A stretch of DNA of 12,539 nucleotides from a virus (lineage: Duplodnaviria > Heunggongvirae > Uroviricota > Caudoviricetes), in the IMG/VR virus record IMGVR_UViG_2529293139_000012; one strand, 5' to 3'. Each line of letters starts with the position of its first letter. Position 1 is the first letter of the stretch. The notes under the pieces were generated by a model. It was not told the DNA's origin and did no database searches. It saw only the letters and a list, made by a program, of their open reading frames with translations. Both the position numbers and the translations under genes were made by a program. Below are positions 6,956-12,539 of the stretch, piece after piece.

Positions 6956-8731
6956 TTAATTTTTGCTATCGTCATTAGTGACCGATACACATGATGGCAT
7001 CCAGTCTTCTGATTCCTCCGTCAGTGTCACGTTTGAACGCAAACCGTGCTTCGTTTTCCGTTTCATATACTCCCTGCCATATTCCGCCATTGCCCCCGGC
7101 ATATCTTTACCGAAGCGCGTCAGTGTTACAGGTTTACCAAACCCATGTGCCCTCATATAAGCCAGATAGGCATGATAGAGATACCTGCGTGGGCTGAATG
7201 GCACAATTTCAGCATTACCCACTAACAGGCCATCACACATTACCGACGCCATGAGATAGCCGCAGAAGTCCACCAGCGAATCCCCCTCTCGCTTTATCGC
7301 CAGTGCTTCTTCAGATTTCTGCTGCTCATATAACAGGCGTCTGGCTTCGTCCTGGTCAGCAAACCGTGTAAGCAGATGGCGAATCACTACCGCCAGCTCA
7401 CCTTCTATTTTTTCCGCCAGCATTGGATCGCGTTCGTTCTCCGGTACAACTTCCGAAAAATTGAATATCACCCGACGACGTGAGATCCCCCCGCTGCGGT
7501 CACTGAATGACATGGCGTTATTGTTAACCGCCAGCACTACTGCCGGAATACGCGTTGAGTAGGGGGCTTTGTGTTTCGGATCAATTGCCACCTTGTCACC
7601 GCCTGTAATGGCCTTAATTCCTGCCCCATCACCAGCGTAGCGGGTCATATCCGGCATGATAATCAGCGAAAAGCCAACCACTAACGCGCGTTCCCTTGCA
7701 TCTTCCAGCGCCTTCATGCTTGCCGATACTGTGTTGGCCTTACCCGCCAGCATGGTGCAAATCTCCGCCATCACGCTTTTACCACTTCCCCCTGGACCTG
7801 TTACCTCAATGAATAACTGCCAGTCGTACCGGTTCGCCAGCACCATGAATAATGCAGCCAGTACGCGATCCGCCTTGCGGTCATTCTCAGCCACCGAACG
7901 GCGTAACCACTTCCAGAAATTCGGCGCATGTGTTGCCAGCGTTTCCCCCTCTGCTGGTGGGCTGAAAGGTAATTCACTGGCAATTAACAACCAGTCGTTT
8001 TTGTTATGCTCCCGAAAATTACCTGTTCTGGTATCAAATACCCCGTTACTGAATCCAATCAGGTTACGGGCTGTATTCCCCATAACAGGCAAACTTAACT
8101 TCATGGTATCGACCGCCGATTTAATGGCGTTCTGCGAATAGCTGATCTCCGCATCAATGAAAATCTGTGCCATAGCTCGCTGTAATTCTTTATCCTGTAC
8201 TGGCTCCCATACAACGCCGTTGTAATGGTGAACAGTGTCAGAGTCAGCATGAATCGCCAGTTCACCGCCATAATGTGCCAGGAGAACTTCGCCGCGTTGA
8301 CTTGCTCCCATCTGGTTAAGCGCCAGTGATGAAGCGTTATCGTCTTTTACCCGCTCTTTTTTCTTTACAGGCAGTTCAACTACCTTTTTCTTTTCCGCCA
8401 GCTCTGCCCGTTCACGTTCCAGATATTCGCGCCAGTTCTCCCGTTTCTGGCTGTGCATTCCTTCAGGGTAATAATCAGCATCCCTGACACCTGCCTCTGC
8501 CAGTTTCTGCCCGATGGTATTAACAAGCCCCGGACGCAATAACCCCGCCTGATAGAGACGCACGCGATAGCGTCCGTCCGGTACGATTTGCAGGTTGTCC
8601 AGTTCGGCAAGTTGTTGCTCTCCAAGCCAGACAGGTGGCACGTTATCGCCAGCCAGTCGCCCGTCCTGTTCCTGCCACTGATTCGCATGTGCCCACGCAT
8701 CACTACCCGCAAAAATGATGACTTCCGTCAT
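6956..8731 (-). CDS. Phage/plasmid primase P4-family C-terminal domain helicase (D5-like NTPase), putative replication initiator Pri-Rep (591 aa)
   Basis: Walker A 'VTGPGGSGKS' with the surrounding D5_N-like region (NFWKWLRR...YDWQLFIEVTGPGGSGKSV...VIFNF); the gene is followed immediately by the iteron cluster. Confidence 0.8.
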   Translation of the reverse strand: MTEVIIFAGSDAWAHANQWQEQDGRLAGDNVPPVWLGEQQLAELDNLQIVPDGRYRVRLYQAGLLRPGLVNTIGQKLAEAGVRDADYYPEGMHSQKRENWREYLERERAELAEKKKVVELPVKKKERVKDDNASSLALNQMGASQRGEVLLAHYGGELAIHADSDTVHHYNGVVWEPVQDKELQRAMAQIFIDAEISYSQNAIKSAVDTMKLSLPVMGNTARNLIGFSNGVFDTRTGNFREHNKNDWLLIASELPFSPPAEGETLATHAPNFWKWLRRSVAENDRKADRVLAALFMVLANRYDWQLFIEVTGPGGSGKSVMAEICTMLAGKANTVSASMKALEDARERALVVGFSLIIMPDMTRYAGDGAGIKAITGGDKVAIDPKHKAPYSTRIPAVVLAVNNNAMSFSDRSGGISRRRVIFNFSEVVPENERDPMLAEKIEGELAVVIRHLLTRFADQDEARRLLYEQQKSEEALAIKREGDSLVDFCGYLMASVMCDGLLVGNAEIVPFSPRRYLYHAYLAYMRAHGFGKPVTLTRFGKDMPGAMAEYGREYMKRKTKHGLRSNVTLTEESEDWMPSCVSVTNDDSKN

Positions 8732-8770
8732 TTTGTCACGCGGCTGGTGTTTTAAATTTGGCGCTTTTTT

Positions 8771-9064
8771 TCATTTCTGCTCTCTCCACGCGGCAATCAT
8801 GTTTTTCAGTTCCTGTAGTTTTTTATCCACACGTGACACATGGTTATTTCTGGAAGTCGGGATTTCCCGCCGGAATCTGCAAATAAAGATCTCCACGTTC
8901 AGCGAACTAAGAAATGAATATCCATCACGGATAAAATAAACACGGTCAAACATCAGTTCTTTTACCGTTACTCTGTTACCGTTCTTATCCAGATAAATAG
9001 CGCCGGGGATAATTTTGGGGTGTGCATAACCGCTGGCAGTCAAGCCAGATAAATATGTTCTCAT
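8771..9064 (-). CDS. Hypothetical protein (97 aa)
   Basis: ORF in the co-oriented gene string upstream of the primase-helicase gene; no recognisable motif. Confidence 0.4.
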   Translation of the reverse strand: MRTYLSGLTASGYAHPKIIPGAIYLDKNGNRVTVKELMFDRVYFIRDGYSFLSSLNVEIFICRFRREIPTSRNNHVSRVDKKLQELKNMIAAWREQK

Positions 9065-9070
9065 GATTAT

Positions 9071-9391
9071 TTATCCCCGATTTGAATCAGTATTCGCTTT
9101 CTTTATGGCATTTAATGCATCTGTGGCATTTTCAATGGTGCACCGTAACGAAATATCAAACTGCCCAAGCATTGCCAGTAACAAACCGATATTACCCATA
9201 TCAATGCGCATGGCCTTTTCGTCATAGTCCTCATTTTCTGACGCATGCCACATCAGGCTACCAATTGACGCAACAGCCATTGATATATTGTCAGTAGCCC
9301 CATCAGCAGCGGAATAAACCTTTTTAGCAATATCATGCTCACAGTTAAAATGCGGATTAATCAGGTACTGGTAATTTGACATATCAGGCAT
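9071..9391 (-). CDS. Hypothetical protein (106 aa)
   Basis: ORF with AGGGGG Shine-Dalgarno about 8 nt upstream of the ATG; its start overlaps the stop of the preceding ORF by 8 nt. Confidence 0.45.
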   Translation of the reverse strand: MPDMSNYQYLINPHFNCEHDIAKKVYSAADGATDNISMAVASIGSLMWHASENEDYDEKAMRIDMGNIGLLLAMLGQFDISLRCTIENATDALNAIKKANTDSNRG

Positions 9392-9587
9392 GGCACACCC
9401 CCTGACGAATACGGGCGGCGAATACCATCACGTAGCCAGCCGGGGATTGCTGGCGTGCTTCCTGTTCGCTGGTGGCCTCAATGGTAATCACGCGCGGTTG
9501 TGCCGTGCTCAGGGCGATAAAACGCCAGATGTATTTATTCAGGTCGTGCGAGTACCGCCCTTGCGGGTGTGTGGTATGATTTAACAT
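9384..9587 (-). CDS. Hypothetical protein (67 aa), first gene of the leftward small-ORF and primase string
   Basis: Start taken at ATG 9585-9587 with GAGGT Shine-Dalgarno 5 nt upstream. The longer 221-aa ORF-track form would run antisense through the divergent gene and operators. Confidence 0.45.
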   Translation of the reverse strand: MLNHTTHPQGRYSHDLNKYIWRFIALSTAQPRVITIEATSEQEARQQSPAGYVMVFAARIRQGVCHA

Positions 9588-9688
9588 AGCTACCTCGATA
9601 CTATCGTTATCGTTGGTGGTTAGAAGCCCGGTTAGTGTTCCCGCACTACCGGGCTTCGCTGTATTTAATGGTTGCGTATTTTTAATGC

Positions 9689-9731
9689 GGTACGTACCAT
9701 TTAATTTCAGTTTATAACGATGGTACGTACC
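9689..9731. promoter_or_regulatory. Pair of 10 bp perfect palindromes GGTACGTACC (putative operators) in a divergent promoter region
   Basis: Exact copies at 9689-9698 and 9722-9731, 33 bp centre to centre, between the start of the 67-aa minus-strand ORF and the plus-strand small ORF. Confidence 0.55.
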
Positions 9732-9732
9732 A

Positions 9733-9915
9733 ATGCAAGAAGAAAATGTGAAACCAAAATTTGATCGCTCCGGCAGCACAAAGAAAAACATCCGCTTCGA
9801 AGACACATTGTTGCAACAAATTAACGAAGTTGCTGGGCCTGGTAATTTCAGCTCATGGGTAAAAAATGCTTGTCGTGATAAGCTACGCAAAGAAGGCATA
9901 GAACCCAAAGGCTGA
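9733..9915 (+). CDS. Small putative regulatory/DNA-binding protein (60 aa), possibly YlcI/YnfO (DUF3950)-like
   Basis: The only plus-strand gene in the island; followed by a plus-strand terminator and preceded by the operator pair. 'NIRFEDTLLQQINEVAGPGNFSSWVKNACRDKL' resembles the DUF3950 pattern as recalled (low certainty). Weak ribosome binding site. Confidence 0.45.
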   Translation: MQEENVKPKFDRSGSTKKNIRFEDTLLQQINEVAGPGNFSSWVKNACRDKLRKEGIEPKG

Positions 9916-10009
9916 CAGCCAACCAGCAAGCCAGCACACTGATCACATTGCCCACCAGCCGCAAATGTGGCATTGTTGGTGATGCGTTCAAGTTTAGTGT
10001 GTATCCATT

Positions 10010-10038
10010 GGCGACCGCCCCCGGTCGCCTTTGTTTTA
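10010..10038 (+). terminator. Rho-independent terminator for the plus-strand small gene
   Basis: GGCGACCG-cccc-CGGTCGCC hairpin followed by TTTGTTTTA. Confidence 0.6.
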
Positions 10039-10055
10039 TGTGCCATCACTCCCCC

Positions 10056-10265
10056 TTACACCGTCTGCGTTCTGCGAGTGGATGCAAGATAAGCATCGAG
10101 ATCAGTGCGCATATACAGCACTTTGCGACCAAGCTTATGGAAAGGGATTTTTACCTTGCCAGTACACGCCCAGTTCGCCAGTGTTTGATTGTTAACGCCA
10201 AGGTAGGCAGCAGCTTCAGCACGTGTAAGGCGGTCAGTTGATAAATCAGATTTCTTTAAATTCAT
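10056..10265 (-). CDS. AlpA/excisionase-family HTH DNA-binding protein (about 69 aa)
   Basis: Start taken at ATG 10263-10265 (MNLKKSDL); the ORF-track form starts 3 codons earlier at a GTG. HTH 'LTRAEAAAYLGVNNQTLANWACTGKVKIPFHKLGRKVLYMRTDLDAYL' has the Xis/AlpA architecture. Confidence 0.6.
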   Translation of the reverse strand: MNLKKSDLSTDRLTRAEAAAYLGVNNQTLANWACTGKVKIPFHKLGRKVLYMRTDLDAYLASTRRTQTV

Positions 10266-10407
10266 ATCTATCACCGTGTACGTCTAAGTAACAACGGTGA
10301 TAAATATCAATCAATGAGTATTTTGTTTTTAGCCCAATAGCCAGTTGCTGTGGGGCTGTTACCAGTTATTTAGCCTCAATAGCCAGCTATTAAAATACCG
10401 TAGCCAG

Positions 10408-11133
10408 CTATTGGGGGTGAACAAGCTCAAACGAAGAGTATTTATCAGGCTTTGGTGGTTGTGCCCCTGATTCTTTAATCCATCTATCTAGCGTGTTTTT
10501 ACTTACTTTCCCATGGTAGTAAACAGAAAGCTCGTTCAATAAACCTGTTTTACTGGCTTTAGGGTACTTTTCCCATGTTAGTTTAATTACGTGCATAACT
10601 TCATTGTAATAATGATTTCTTGGTTTGCGCGCTTTTTCTTTCTGTGATAAGGATAAAGCATCCTTTATTTTTTTATCTTTTTCATGGTTCGATATAATTT
10701 CTTCAAAAAAATCATTAAGCAATAACTCAACACCAACTCTAGTAAGTTTGTCTGCGTGATTACGCATTCCGACATGGTACAATGCAACTGCTGAATTTAA
10801 AGTATCGACAACCTGACAAGATAGTTTACTATCAAATATTAAAAAACCACACGAATCAATTTTTGCAGCTAATTCAATAGGATATTGCTCGATTTCACTT
10901 GATTCTAAACCATAACACAAAAGAAATTCTCTTGTTGGATATTTTGATTTATAAAAATAATCTCTTATATCATCAATCAAGCGTTTTATAGCCTCTATGG
11001 TGGAGTTTCTCGGGGATAAAGATACAGGAACGTTTAAAACTGAAGATTCTCGCCCACCAGTAATTAAATCATTCATAACCGAATAAATAATATATTGTTT
11101 GACCGATATATTGTTATCATCCATATATGTCAT
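10408..11133 (-). CDS. AT-rich hypothetical protein (241 aa), candidate accessory/cargo gene
   Basis: ORF overlapping the integrase 3' end by 17 nt. Visibly much more AT-rich than the island genes on either side, with Lys/Asn/Ile/Tyr-rich codon usage. No recognisable catalytic motif; the C-terminus (KNTLDRWIKESG) may be HTH-like. Confidence 0.55.
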   Translation of the reverse strand: MTYMDDNNISVKQYIIYSVMNDLITGGRESSVLNVPVSLSPRNSTIEAIKRLIDDIRDYFYKSKYPTREFLLCYGLESSEIEQYPIELAAKIDSCGFLIFDSKLSCQVVDTLNSAVALYHVGMRNHADKLTRVGVELLLNDFFEEIISNHEKDKKIKDALSLSQKEKARKPRNHYYNEVMHVIKLTWEKYPKASKTGLLNELSVYYHGKVSKNTLDRWIKESGAQPPKPDKYSSFELVHPQ

Positions 11134-12539
11134 TCTTTTCTTGTACTATAGCAAATAGTAAACGACGTTTTTCATCATCACTCATGCCCTCCAGTGCGGA
11201 AAGCAATTGCGCATCGATAGATTTTTTACTCTCCACCAGCCCGGCATGTTCCTGAATTGCCCGTTCTATCCGTGACGCTGGCTCCAGCAATTCATCAGCA
11301 CCAAAATGTAAATACCCCTGCGTTACGTCAGCACTTCGCATAGTACGGTGATTCATCAGGCGCTTGAGGATGTAATTGCCCACGCCCACCAGTTCGGCAA
11401 CCGTTCCGAACGTCCGGCGCGCATCGTGCCATTTGAATGGTACAGGGGAGAGCATTTCATCGTTCGACTCTGAAACGGTAGCCGCGCTTATCCGGTCTAT
11501 GATGTGCCGTGTCTCCTGAATAACGCCCTTCACACCAGGAAACACCAGCACATCATCAGCAGCTTTGTTTTTTAGCCTGCGAAGAAACATTTTCCGCAAC
11601 GTATCAGTGATCGGCAGTTCAAGCGGATCCCCGTTTTTCGTGGTGTCTATCCAGAAAAAAACGACCGCCCATATTCACGCGATCCCACGTAAGGCCAAAA
11701 ATTTCTGATTTCCTCAGTCCGGTAAAAAGCGCCATTTCCACGGCATCGCATACCGTCACCGCTATATCATCCCTTTCCTGTTCGCCCTGGTCGCGCACAG
11801 CAGCTACAGCAGCAAACCAGCGGGGAAAATCATGCAGGCGGATACGTTCCGTTTTTCTTACCGTTCCGTGCCACTGGCGCTTGGTGCTCAGTACCAGAGT
11901 CGGCGGATCCGGTAAAAGAGTATTACCCGCATCATCACGGTAATGATCATGCGCAAACCGACACACAGCACGTAGCGCACGCGCCCATAAATCGGCCTGT
12001 GCCTTGCTTCCTGTACCAACCCCAGCCCGTAACGTGGTTTTATCAGCACCGAACCATACAGCCCCATCAGTGATGGCCTTATGCCGTTGTTCCACCCGTT
12101 CGCGGGAAATACTGGCGAGGGTATGGGCCATCCAGTCACCGGAATAATTCTGTAATATGCTGCGGTACTGTTTTTCTGTGGCGGGTTTCAGGCGGTGGCC
12201 ACGATTTTTTACGTAGGCGTCAATCGCCTCACTCAGCGTTATCATGGCCTTGTTGTTAGTGCGCTTTGCTATGTTCGGATTTATCCCCGTTGTGGCGACT
12301 TCGCCAAGGAGTTCCATAGCTTTAGCCCTGGCATTATCCACGCTCAGATCAGGAAAACGCCCCAGCGTTGCACGAATAAATTTTCCGTTACGCTTACGGG
12401 AAATGCAGAAACTTTTCACACCAGACGAACCTACACGGACACGCAGCCCGTTAACCTCCGTATCACCATATTCGACCTGTCCATGTTCCGGCGTTGGCAG
12501 TTCTGCAATTTTTACTTTAGAGAATCTGAATAATTTCAC
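11117..12539 (-). pseudogene. Tyrosine site-specific integrase (P4-like family), interrupted by a frameshift in an A7 run at 11655-11661; N-terminus runs off the window
   Basis: The 306-aa upstream frame carries the first Arg box (TGLRKSEIFGLTWDRV); the 160-aa downstream frame carries HDARRTF and the catalytic Tyr region (RSADVTQGY). Removing one base from the homopolymer joins them as ...GRFFWIDTTKNGDPLELPITDTLRKMFLRRLK.... Confidence 0.85.

Larger units (their letters stand above)
1674..12539. mobile_element. Integrative phage-satellite-like island (PICI-type) inserted next to the tRNA; right boundary lies beyond the window
   Basis: Contiguous set of integrase, AlpA/Xis-type HTH, P4-family primase-helicase with adjacent iterons, Nu1-like small terminase and capsid genes, all co-oriented and beginning directly after a tRNA 3' end. 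Confidence 0.7.

Noticed and set aside
9588-10049. Long 221-aa form of the minus-strand ORF 9384-10049
   Set aside because: The upstream extension runs antisense through the plus-strand small gene and the operator pair. A good Shine-Dalgarno precedes the internal ATG at 9587, so only the 67-aa form is kept.
1-12539. CRISPR array, IS element or transposase
   Set aside because: No regularly spaced identical repeats with unique spacers, and no transposase-like ORF or terminal inverted repeats, were seen; the only recombinase is the tyrosine integrase.

Overview
The window reads as a roughly 11 kb integrative phage-satellite-like island (PICI-type) sitting next to a tRNA with a CAU anticodon (most like enterobacterial tRNA-Ile2), with AT-rich flanking DNA on the left. 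All island genes but one run on the minus strand, from a tyrosine integrase at the right edge (split by a frameshift in an A7 run) to the tRNA. In order from the right: integrase, an AT-rich cargo gene of unknown function, an AlpA/excisionase-type HTH gene, a divergent small gene with a pair of palindromic operators, three small ORFs, a P4-family primase-helicase (Pri-Rep) followed by an iteron cluster (putative ori), then a morphogenesis block. That block holds a small coupled ORF, a ClpP-like prohead protease fused to a major-capsid-like domain, a lambda gpI-like tail assembly protein and a Nu1-like small terminase, with no portal or large terminase in the window. Two copies of a GC-rich ~75-80 bp non-coding element, each next to a terminator hairpin, sit ahead of the two morphogenesis operons. 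The island end near the tRNA carries three regularly spaced dyad-symmetric sites and an 18 bp perfect palindrome (candidate cos/att sites). All family assignments come from reading the translations and recalled motifs; no database search or computation was run, and GC statements are by eye.
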